Shown: piece by piece, positions 37,401-49,400 of the stretch
How positions within the stretch are numbered: position 1 is the first letter of the stretch
How the letters are laid out: every line of letters begins with the position of its first letter
Origin: Camelus dromedarius
Lineage: Eukaryota
Length of the DNA stretch: 64,000 nucleotides
NCBI RefSeq assembly: GCF_036321535.1
Contig: NC_087447.1
Span: forward strand, 44,518,001 to 44,582,000
Direction: 5' to 3'
The notes under the pieces: model-generated
Told to the model about the DNA's origin: nothing
Seen by the model: only the letters and a program-made list of their open reading frames with translations
The model's database searches: none
Made by a program: the position numbers and the translations under genes

Positions 37401-40400
37401 GCTCTAATCTGAGAGCCTGTGGGGGAAGCTCCTCACCTGGTAAGGAAGCAACAGCCTCTGCAGACACAATAAGCCAAAGACGGAAATCTCGGTGGACAGT
37501 GGCCACGTTCCTGCTCACTTGTTGAGCTAAAGGCAGTTCTAACTCCAGGTCCGAGACCACTAGGGGTCAGACATAGGGCTGAGATCAGTCACCGGGTAAA
37601 GGGTCAGACACAAACCTAGGGGGTCAGGAGTCAAATACAAGGGGGCCAGGAGAAGGGCCATGGGACCTGAGTTCAAGCTCAGGACCAGGTGTTGGACAGG
37701 GTCCTAGAAGCCATCTGTAGGCAACAAACCCACCCTTGGCTCCATCCAACAGCCCCAGCAAGGGCTGTAGCAGCTCTTTCGGCCAGTGAGGCATCAGATG
37801 ACAGTTCTCCAGCACCAGCCAGTGCCCTTTATGCATAGCCTGGCGGAGAGTGCCCACCACAGCTGAGACCGGGTCCCAGGCTTCAGAGCCCAGAGCTATC
37901 ACCTCCAGATGCTTCTGCCCCTGGGGACAAACAGCAAGATGGCAGAGTAAATCAAAGTGATCCCAGGGTGACCCAAGGGACCCAGAGTAACTCCACAGAT
38001 GACCTCAAAAGTCCCTGAGTAATCCAGAAAGATCCATGAGAACGCTGGGAGGGGGGCCCCACACCCCATCCCAGCCCGTAGGAGTTCGGTTGCTCTGTGG
38101 CTGAGAGGCTGGGTGCAGACCTGCTCATGTTTGGCAGCCAGTTTCTGGATGACAGTCAGGGGATGCAAGGAGGCAGTGGGGTGACCAGGTGGTGGCAGCA
38201 AGATCAGCACGGGCTGAGTAGCCTGACTCTGTTCAAAGGGTATGGTGGAGGTACCCAGGTTTTCATCCAGGGGCCGGCCCAGGATGCTGGTGGTGAAGGC
38301 TGCCAGGGCACTGGCCAGGCACTCAGGTCGCAGCACACGCCACAGGATCAGCTTCTGGAGGAGGCTGAGTGGGTCAGTCCCAGGTCCCGGCGCAGGCCCT
38401 AGCACTGTGGATGGCAGTGACAGATAAGCCTGCCAAACACTAGAGTGGCCTGCCAGGGACGCACACAGCCCAGCAAATGGGGGCAGCAGCTCTAACACCC
38501 CACATTCATGCCAGGCTCTCGGCCCTAGCCAGGCCGGTCGAGCCACGCCTGAGACTAACTTTCTGTGGTCTGTGCTGGGAGAGGCTGCCAGTCCAGGCCA
38601 AAGCGCCAGCCTCTCCAGCTCTGGTGCCTTCCTTGCCATTCGCAGCACAGCCAAGGCACCCAAGGCACCCACCAGGGGTACTTGGGTCAGGCCCAGTGTA
38701 GCAACAGCACTGCCCAGAAGCTGGCGGGTCAGCTGTCTTTTCAGCTGCAGCAGGTGGCAGGGTAGTTCCTCCCTGTGATGAATCTCACGCTTCATGCTAT
38801 TCAGAGCCCGTCTGGTGGCTGCCAAACAGTTCTCTGGACTCACACAGAAAAGCGGCAGCAGGTTCTGTAGTGGGCTAAGAGCCTTTACAATGGCCATTCC
38901 GTGCCAGACCACGCGTCGATAGGGTGCGCACGATGCCGCCTCCTGCAGCCTCAGTTCCTCTAGTTCCTCGCAGTGGACACGCAGCTGACACAGGCCTGCC
39001 TGGGCCCTCACTATGCCCCGCAGGAACTTGGCTGGCTTCTGATGCTTCGAGTTCTGGAGCAGGAGCATCGTCAGCAGCCGCTCCTGCAAACAGGCTCTGG
39101 TGGCACAGGTCCAGCTCTTTCCCACAAGTCCCCGGTCAGTGACACTCATCTCCACCCCCACACCTTGGCCCCTACAAAGCTGATCCCAACCTGTAGACTG
39201 GACCCCCACGCACCTCAGCAGCCTCCACGGCTTCCCAGGTGTCCAGGAATCTGATCTTTAGGTCCTGCCAGTGGCTCTCGAGCTCGGGACACTCTACACA
39301 CAAGATTTCATGCAGCATTTCTTCTTCCAGGATTTCCATGTTCATGCCCAGATCCAGCACATTCAGCCCCTTCAGCAGTTCACAGCCTAGCACTTGAAGT
39401 CACATGGGACACACTGAGCCCCTCCCCTTGGCACAGCCAGGGGTGGGGGGCACAGGGAGGGTGGCTCCCCGCTAGGGTCCTGCTCCCTCTCTGGGCCAGA
39501 ATGAGTGAAGCTAGTAGGGCCCTCGTGTGTCCACAAAGGTGTGCTGGCAACTTACCCGCCGGGCCTCACCTTTCTCCAGAGCACTGAGGCGGAGGGCAGT
39601 GCTCAGGTAGAGACAGAAGCCAGGCTGCACCTGGGGCGGGCTCAGCTGTTCCCGCTGCAGTAGCCATTGCAGTTCTGGGCACTCGAGGCCCAGTTCCATG
39701 TTGGTCAGCAGCACAGGCTGGCCTGCGAGGCGGAGGCACAGACACCCTACCACCATGCCAGCACCTGGGCCCCTCAGCCCCCCATGACAAAATCTGGCTC
39801 CGTCCAGCTCCCCGCTGACTGAGAGGTGGGTTCCCTCAAGGCTCTTCCACAGAGTTAGGGAGCGAAGGTGGGAGCTGAGGTCACACTGGGATGTGAGAGG
39901 TCTGTGGGGCCACAGGGACATGCTGGGGGGAGGGGGCCAGCTCTTACCACTGGCAGCTGCCTCCCGGAGCTGAGGCCCCAGCTCTGGGTCAGAGCCGGAG
40001 AAGATGTGGAGGTGGGGAGGGGGCGGGGCCTGAGTCACAGGTTCCTGCCTCTCTGTCTCCTCCTCCTCCTCATCCTCCTCCTGTTCTTTCTCCTCTTGCT
40101 CCTCCTCATTTCCCCTTTCCTCTGCCTCCTGCTCTTTTGTCTTTTCACACTCTTCATCGCTATCAACATCTTCCTCTTCCGTGTCCTCCTCCTTAGGCTC
40201 TTTTCCTTGATTTCTCTTGAAGCCCTTCCCTGTGGAAGAAAGAAGAGGATCTCTTCTCAGGATGGGGGACTCAGGCTTCTGGGGAATCCCGTTCACCCAA
40301 GGCCTCAGCTCATGAAGAAAGGTCCATGAGAAGACACCTTAGGAAAGTTGCTTAAGCTCACTATGACTCAAGTTCCTCAGCTGCAAAATGGAGTTGACGT

Positions 40401-43400
40401 TAGTGAGTCCAGCCTCATACGGTTACTGGGACGATGACTTGAAAGAAGAAGAGAAAGCACTCAGCAGGCACCCAGCAAGCACCAAGCAAGGGTTAGTTAG
40501 AAGAGTCAGTGCACTGCTCGTTTTGCCTAAGCTAATTCTGTCACTAACAACTACAAGAGTCATCGTAGCATAGAGATCCATGCCTGGAAGTAGTAACCTG
40601 TAAGAGAAAGGCCATAAACTGTGGCATTAGCCAAGTCATGGGCAGTGCTGTGGACATAGGTGGTTGGCTGACCAACAGCCATTTGCAGCCCCCTTCTCCT
40701 GTGTCTCCTCTCCTGAGGAGCTGTAAAAGATAAATATATATATTTATGTGTCAAGACACTTAAGAATCTTAAGAATTTTTTAAAATATTAAGTGTTTAAA
40801 GGGAAAGGTATAGCTCAGTGGTAGTGTGCATGCTTAGTATGCACGAGGTCCTGGGTTCAATCCCCAACCTCCATTAAAAAAACAAATAAACCTAATTACT
40901 CCCAAAGAAAAAATTTTTTTAAAAAATTAAGTGTTTAAGAAGTGGGCAAGTGGAGGTTTCCAGGTCCACAATTTGCTGTATTCATTTCCTATTGCTTAAC
41001 AAATTACCATAAATTTAACAGCTAAAACAACACCCATTTATTATCTCTCAGGTAGGTTAGAAGCCTGACCAGACATTCTGCTCAGGGTCACACTGGGCTA
41101 AAATCAAGGCTGAATCACTGGGGCTGCAGTGCTCATCTGGGACTTGGGTGCTCTTCCAGGCTTACTGGTTTTTGACAGAATTCATTCCCCTCTCACACTT
41201 TCCCTATAGCCCACTCCATCTTCAAGCCAGACAATGGCTCACTGAGTCCTTCTGTGCTTCAGATCTGTCTCACTGCCCCTTCTTTCTTCCTTCCTTCTTT
41301 GAAGGGCACATGTGATTACTTTGGGTCCACCCAGATAATCCAGGATAATACCTCTAGTTCAAGGTCAACTGATTAGCAACCTTAATTACATCTGCAAAGC
41401 CTCTCTTGCCATGTAACATAACATAATTAAGGGAGTAACACCAGAGGACAAAGGTCATGGGGGCCAAATTCTGCCTACCACATTTGGCTATTCAGACTTC
41501 TGGAAGATCTTTTGTTTTCCTGATGAAGAGGACAGAAATGGCTAAGAGCAACTCTGACATGATGCTCGAAGGGATAAAAACCAATTTAATACACGTATGG
41601 TGGCTTAAAGCAACAGAAACTTATTATCTCAGAGTTCTGAAGGTTAGATGTTTCTTCGCAGTGTCTCCTATTAGAGAGGGGGTAAATTAATTAATAGTTA
41701 CACATGTGATAGTTGTATAATGGACATTTTTGTAATGGTGTATGGGCACAACAGAAAGTCATGCTGGACAGCCAAGGGATAGACTCTAATAATAGTAGCA
41801 GTAATAAATTGGTAGTAATAATGACTGACATTTTTGAGAACTTGTATATATTACAAACTGTGTGAACTCTGTTTACATGAAATATCTTAATTCAACACTT
41901 TATGAGATAGGTATAATTAAGACCCTAATTTTGTTGGCAAATAGGCTTAGAGAGATGAGATACTTTGCCTTAGGTCACACAGCTAGCAAAGGACAGATAT
42001 TTGACCTAGAATCTGCTTAAAGAACCCATGTTACAGTACAGACCACTTTATTATACACTTTCTACTGTATTGAATAATGTCTATTATTTTTACCAGTGCA
42101 ACCCCCAACCCCAGCTTCTGGGAAATAAACACTCTTCTTTCTCTCCCCCAGGAAACACTCCTTTGGATGCTCTACTCAGATGCATCCCTGAGCGAAGCAG
42201 AGCCAATAGAAATAGTTCCCCAGAATTCCTGAACATGGGATAAATTTGGGTAGTAAAGCTCTGAGTTGTAGTCTAAGTTTCTAACAGGGCTGAGCAGACC
42301 AAGGAAGTGGAAAATCATGGTCAGTCATGTAGATTCAGAATCATTGTAATATGGGCCAAAAAAATGTAAATGTGCCCTAATTTATTAATATCGTGCTGGC
42401 TGATGAAACCTGGAATACCCTGGCCACAAAAATGTAGCATCTTCCTTATGAAAGGGAAGACCACATGTGGCTGAGAGCGTTGGGCAGCTCAGACACCCAA
42501 GCAGCACTGTGTTTACCATCCCCAGCTTTACCTCTGCCCTCGGTGGGACCTGGGGCCGAGCATCTAGTCTCTTCCAGAGGCAGTGGGTTCAGCCAAATGA
42601 GGGCCTGGTTGCTGGGGTCCAGCAGCAGAGGCCAACGGCAGCTGAAGTAGTGTGTGTGACTTCGCAGAAGCAGGCCTGCCAGGCGGGCTGACTTTGCCTG
42701 GGGCTTCAGGTCTCGGTCCCACTGGAACTGCTGGGATTTAGAGCTCAGCAAGGACAGAAGGCTGAAGGGGGAGCGGGTGGAAAGCAGGGGGTTCTTTGGT
42801 GGCATGACGACAGATTTCTGTGTCTGCTTCAGAGCCTGCGCCACGTCATCTGGGCCCAGGGTCTCCTGGCAGCCCCTAGAGAGAGCCAGCCACTTGTCTA
42901 GCAGCTCCTGGCGCCGCGCTGGTGGGAAGGGACCCAGGTAGACAACGGCAGCCGAGCACAAGAGGGCATCTCCGAGCACAGTCGTGCAGTGCCCCTTCAA
43001 CTTCTGGAGTGGAAGAGACCAGAGGGTATGCAGGCCAGTGGGGAGGGCACCGTTGGAGGGTCTGGCAGGGAGGGAGGAAGGAAGGGGACGGAGGGCAGAG
43101 TGGGACAAGGAGAAGCAGAGAGTGGGGGCCGTGGTGCAGAAATGAAATCGGGGGTGGGCACTCTGGGAGGGGCTGGTTACCTGGAGCTCCGTAGTCCAGG
43201 AGTCCATGGGTGTGAGCAGTGCAGCCTTTATGGGCCACTTGTGATACTGGCCACACTTAGCCTGATGGAGGTTCTCTACCACATGCCTGTGGGCAGCCTG
43301 GGCATCTTCTAGCTTCTTGGACAGGGACAAATCATACTTTAGGATCTCCTGGGCCTGGAAATGATAGTGGGCCAGGCGAGCCTGCTCCCGAGCCAGGGTG

Positions 43401-46400
43401 GCCTCCACCTGCCGCAGCAGCAGGCCCGTGGGCAGCCCTCGGCGCTGGGCCAGCCCGTAGCACAGAACGGCCCAGAGCCAGGCTGCCAGGCTTGCTGCCG
43501 GTATGCTCACTGCCCGCAGGGCTGCATCACTCATGCCCGGAGCCTTCAGAGCTAGGCTTAACTTTATCATCTCTGAATCTGTCATCTTCTCCTTGGGGAA
43601 CACCACCAGCTCCTGGGAGAGTGTGTGTTAAGAGGGGCGAGGGAAGACATAGATGCTCTGAACCTTGTCCCGACAGCCTTCTCCTGCCAAGTCTCCTCTT
43701 TATGCCTCCACCCTCCTCGTCCATTGTGCCCCACATTCCCTACCTGATAAAAGTCCTCAGTGCATAACAGCTGCTTGGCGCTGGCCCAGCCTGTTTCGCG
43801 GTGGAAGAGGTCACACAGAGCATCAGTCACCTGGACCACAGATTCTGGTGGTGCTCGATAGCTCCTTATCTCCTCAAAGTCGGCCACCTGCAGCTGGCTC
43901 AGGGGCCCCAGAAATGCCTTGCCCATCTAAATGAGGAGAGATATGCTCTTGAAGGGAGTTCCCCAAATGACCTCTTTCTTCAAGGTATTTCCAGGAGGGA
44001 TCATCTTCTCTTAGGTTCCCCTGCAGGACCATTCCTCGAGCCGTCCTATTACCTGTGCCCCCTCCCCGAGGGGACTCCACAACAAGTTGACCCACCCTCT
44101 CCTCTGGGCATACTGTGAGGGGCTGTCCCCCTCCAAGAGCAGAGCAGCGCAAGACAGGCAGCAGGAAGAGCCCACCTGCTCCAGGAAAGCCTCGTGCTGA
44201 GCCCGCAGGGCATCCCGCTGCTTGGTCAGTTTCTCAATGAGATTCTCCTGCTGCTGACACTCTGCCAGCTGCCGCCCATACAGGAGCTTCCTTTGGTCCC
44301 ACTGATGCTGCAGTCTGCTGAGGCTCTGTGAACAGAGTCGAGGCTCTGCAGGTCTAGATGCTGGGCCAGGTGGGAAGACCCTGGAGGAAGACCCTGTGGG
44401 CTTGGACTCGGGCGTGCTCCTCACTTGACACTCAGGGTGGCCAAGCTGAACTCCCAATAGGACACAGATGCACACTGAGCTCTGAAACTGTCCTTGACTG
44501 TGAGTTACACATCAAGCCCTGCAGCTCTCCTGATCTACCGCATAGGCCCACGCAATCTCAACCAGTAACCACTATGCTTCAGATTGACCCATTAGTGGCA
44601 TTTGTCGCAGAAGACAGTTCCACCCTCTTGAAACATTTTTCTCCCTTGACTTGCATGATACAATGTTCTCCTTTGACTTTCTCCAAACTCCGTGGTTGCT
44701 CTTTCTCAGTCTCTTCCTCTGCCATCCCTTAAATATTTCTCAGCAAGTTTTTCAGGGCCCCCTTCTCTTCTCGCCCTACACTTTTGTGCACCCTCCCTAA
44801 TCTCACAGCTCTGATTACCACTTAGATTTTAACAACTTCCAAATCTTTGTATCTAGCCAGGTTCTTTCCCAAGACCCACAGTCCCATATCTGTCTGCTTA
44901 GTGGGAATCTCCTCTTCATTGTCTCACAGGCCCCATCAGACTCCACATGTACAGAAACTGAGTAGCAGTATTGGCTGTGCCTTCCCAGATCTCTTGCAGT
45001 CTTACCCATCTCTTCATGAGCTCTTTTCTCAGAGAACTGTGGCAAAAGACACCCATGTTTCCCAAGGAAGAAACCTGTTACCCCGACTCCCTCTCTTCCA
45101 TTCCCCCCAAACCCAACCCATTTCCAAGGCCTTTCTACCTTCTGAATGTCTCTCAGGCTTACTCCCATCCCCAACACTATCACTCATGCCCACGCTCCCT
45201 CACTCCTGACCCTCAGTGCTGGCTTCCTAGCTGGTGTCTCAGCTTCCTAACTCTTACTTCCCCTCTACTAATCCATTTTTCATGCTGCAGCCTAACTGGT
45301 TTTCTAGTAGCCAAGTAGCATTATCATTGTCATGTCTCTTAACACTCGCCACTCTTTCATTTGGTTTACAAGAACTCTGTAACGCAGAGGCCTCTACTTA
45401 TCTTTCCAACCCCATCTCCTTTTCCTCCCCCAGCACCCTTCTCTCCAGCCATTCCCAACTTTCAGCTCCTCCAATGTGGTACACATTCCCTTGCCTTGGG
45501 GCCTTTGCACCTGCTACTACTTCAGTCTCACTGCAACATTCTTCCCACCCTCTTTTATGCCAAATCTTACCTAACCTTCAGGTATCAACCTTGATGTACT
45601 TCATTCATTCGTTTACATCTTTAAGGAATGTTTCTGAGCGCTGACCATGGTCTACAGATGCCTCCGTGCTATAGACTGGCACTGTGCTTTCTCTGCAAAG
45701 TCTTGCTGTATCAGAGCACCCTGGACTTGCTCTGTCATAACACACTGTTCTGTAATTACCTGGATGAGCCTATATCTTCCAGTAAACTAGGCACCACGAA
45801 GGCAAGGACCGTGCCTTATCTTTCTTACTAGGAGGCAATTTAACCTAATATTAATAGACGCCAACATTTATTGGGCTGTTGCTATATGCCAGCACTTTGA
45901 AATGCTTTACATGTGAGACCTCTTTTAATCCTCATCCTAACCTCTGTGGATCTGAGTTTTCTCATCTGTAAAATGAAAGAAAGGATGGCTGCCTTAGAAA
46001 GTTGTGGCGATGATTCTATCTGTCTATCTCAATGTAACCATAGATACAAGCATAGACAAAAATATTAACGAGTGCCTGCACAAAAAAATGAGTTCAATTA
46101 GTTTTTGTTGACTACAGTAATGAATAAATGAACCAGTTGAATATGAGAAGGAAATGAGATGGAGGGGTCCAGAATGACTCCTCGATTTAACTTAAATGAC
46201 CTAGTGGTTGGTCACCGGTACCATTGCCTCAGGTGGGCAACACTGAAAGAAATACACACTATTATGGCTGTTGAGTGAATGTCCCTGAGACTACAAACTC
46301 CTCTTATCTAGATTTTGAGCTTCTTATGTTGTGGTCTGATACATCTGACCCAGGGATCAAAGAATAATACCACTTCCAAACCAGATCAACAATTTCAGGT

Positions 46401-49400
46401 ATTAATCATTTTGGGAAAAGGTAGGACCCAAGAGAAGAAACTGGAATTTGGAAAACATGGGGAAAAGGACTCCTGTCCATCTATGAACTTCTTAATTTGT
46501 CTGCATGTCGACTAAGTTTTGATGTTTAAGCTAAGCTAGCATTCCTTGGGGACGGATGGTAGGAGGGCACCGGTACTGTGCGGACTCCCGGGAACACCGT
46601 TTACACAGAACACAGGTAAAATAATGTGTGTAGACACGATGCGAGCCTTGCCCCTGGAAGAGGCCTGGCAGCCACCGGGAGCTGTAAGGCCTGAAAGCCA
46701 GCAGGCAGGTAAACCAGGTTATGTTTGTGGATTGAGCACTAGTTTACTTCGCTGTAGTTAGCCCCAAACTTTCACCAAAGTCTTGTCTAGCAGGAAGGAA
46801 AAAAAATGCTATTTCAGAATTTCTATCATTAAAAACAAAAGATAAGGGCGGGGGGGGGGAGGATATAGCTCAGTGGTAGAGTGCGTGCTCAGTATGCACA
46901 AGGTCCTGGGTTCGATACCCAGTGCTTCCAGTTAATAAATAAATAAACTCAATTATCTCTCCCCAAAATAAATTAAATTAAATTAAAAAACAAACAAACA
47001 AAAGAAAAAACTCTTGATTTTGAGACAACACTTGTAACTAAGAGAGTTTGGCTACAGAAGTTGTGGTGACTCCCCTGATACCGGTTCCAGCCAGATTTGA
47101 CGGGTTTGTGTATACAAAGAAGAAAATTGCTCCATATAAGAAAACAATAGGATTTAGGGTTTGGGCTGTACAAATCTCTTACTACATGAGAACTGTATTT
47201 GCGGAGCTCTGAAGGGAAAGTGGGTGGCTGAATAACACTATGGAGCAGTTCTGCAGAGATGGGAGGAGAAAAGTCTGTCACTGGAAATGCCCTGTAGAGG
47301 AGGGTGACAGAGGAAAAGTCGGGACGCTGAGGTCTACATGCCATTTAAATCTATTTCTTGTTCTGTTCTAATGTAAATTGCCCCCACTGCCATCACCCAT
47401 TCACACTTTCCCACTGTACACCAGAGTGTATATTTTTATACATACAGTGTATATATTTGTATATTTGATGCTTTTGTGGCAGGAAGAGGTGCAGGGACAC
47501 GGTGGCACGGGAAAAGAGGACAGCTACAAGAGGTGTGCCAACTAGCAGTGATACAGAATCCAGCAGAAGAGGATTAGGGTGAGAGGTGGCCATGAGGATG
47601 TAATCCTACCCCATCCCCAGTGGGAATCTATGGAGAGCTTGGGGAGCAGACTGAACTTCACACAGTCAAGGTCCCAGGGACAACCAGAAGCAGACACTTG
47701 GATTTCATGTGTTAGAAGAGGCAGCCTGGTCTCCGCTGTGCCAGGGGCAACTTTGAGTCTGAGCTCTAAAGGAGGAAGCAGCGGGAATTAGAGACAAGAT
47801 CCCCTTGGGGGAAGGGGGACTCTTGGGAGACAGAACTAAGGTTCAGTCTCGTTGCTTCCTCCGAAGTCCCCTTTTGGGCACCTGCTTTGACCCTGCCGTG
47901 CATGCCTCATAATCCTCTCCCCCTTACCTCGCGAGAGCCTTTTAGCTGCTGCTCCAAGGCAAAGACCAGGTTGCTGTGGGCATTGTGCTGCTCAATCAGC
48001 ATCCTCAGATTTCCCAGGGCATTCTGGATCCTGGAGATACAAAGTGCCAGTGAGTGGACCCGAGGGAGCAGAGGAGGTTTGGGGGAGGGAATGAGGGCCC
48101 TCACCGCTGGGCCTTGTTCTTTATCTGCAGGGTCAACTGTTGCTGCAGCAGCACAAAAGTGTCCAAGAAGTCCAGGAAAGTCTTGGGGGTGACTAGTGGC
48201 AATTCTGGGCACAGGTGCCCTTGGTAGCTGGCAGCCGAAAGGTGGATGAGAGCCATGGCTTTGGCCACACTGGGGACTGAGGCCTGGAGGTCTGGGTACT
48301 TCAAGGAGTCTGCAATGAGCATGGCTTTAGCCTGGACTTCTGAGCTTGTGGGAGAACAAGAAACGAAAGGAACCCTCTCTGGCTCAGGAAAGAGGGCAGA
48401 AAAGGTGAAGAAGGCTCAGTTAGGTTCTAGAGAGGCTGACCTCAGTAAACATTCTCATTAGAACCTAGTTGAGATGAGTGGCAAGGGGAGGTAAAAAGAG
48501 CTCACCGTCATCAAGGGGTGGGCTCTGAGTACCCTCCAGGTGGTGCTGGACCACACTGACCAGGGAATCGTGGTCCCAGGGCTCATAGTGGTCAATGCTG
48601 GCGATGGCCAGCTGAAGGAGCCTCAGGAAAAGGGTGGAGGGCAGCTGTTTGTGGGCCTGGTCATCTCCGATCAGGATGAACATGTGCAGGTGGCTGCACA
48701 CTTGCTGGTAGAACCTGTGAGGAGAAGCTCAGATACTGGCCCCCACTTTAACCCTATTTTCCCATCCAGTGCCTGTCCCAACCCTGACCCCTTAGCCCTG
48801 ATCCTCTGAGCCCTCACACTAGCCCTTGGGTTTTGTTTGTCTGTTTGTTTTTTGGCCTTCGGCCAGGAAGGGGCAAGGACAGGACAATCCCTGCTGTGGG
48901 GTTCTGGGCCTCACCTCTGCAACAGCATTTCCTTCTTGATGTTCTGCTTGACACTAAGGTTATCCCTGAGGAGATGCTCTTCAATGTTGTCCAGATCTGC
49001 CTCTGTGTACTGGTCAGGGAAACTTCCTGAGGTTGCCAGGGCCAGTAGACGATGAAGGGTAGTGAGATCCACACCCCTGGGCACCAGCAGGGCCACTGGC
49101 TTGCCTAACATGCCAGCATGCCAGCTGGCCTCCCGCAGACACTGGAGAATGGCCTCCTCTGATCCACATGGCAGATGGAGGAGGCGGGCCTGACAAATGT
49201 TAGCAGCCAGTGTGATAGCGGTACGGCGCCCAGTGCCCCGAGCCCCCGACAGCAGGAAGCCATGCTGCCAGGGCCTGGCCAGCACCCGGACCAGGCGGGC
49301 CACATGCTGGGCCATCGAGTGGCACCGGGCAAGGTGGGGGCTCAGCTTCAGCTGAGCAGCTGAGGTGGCCAGCTGCTCCTCTAGGCTCTCCCACTGCCGT

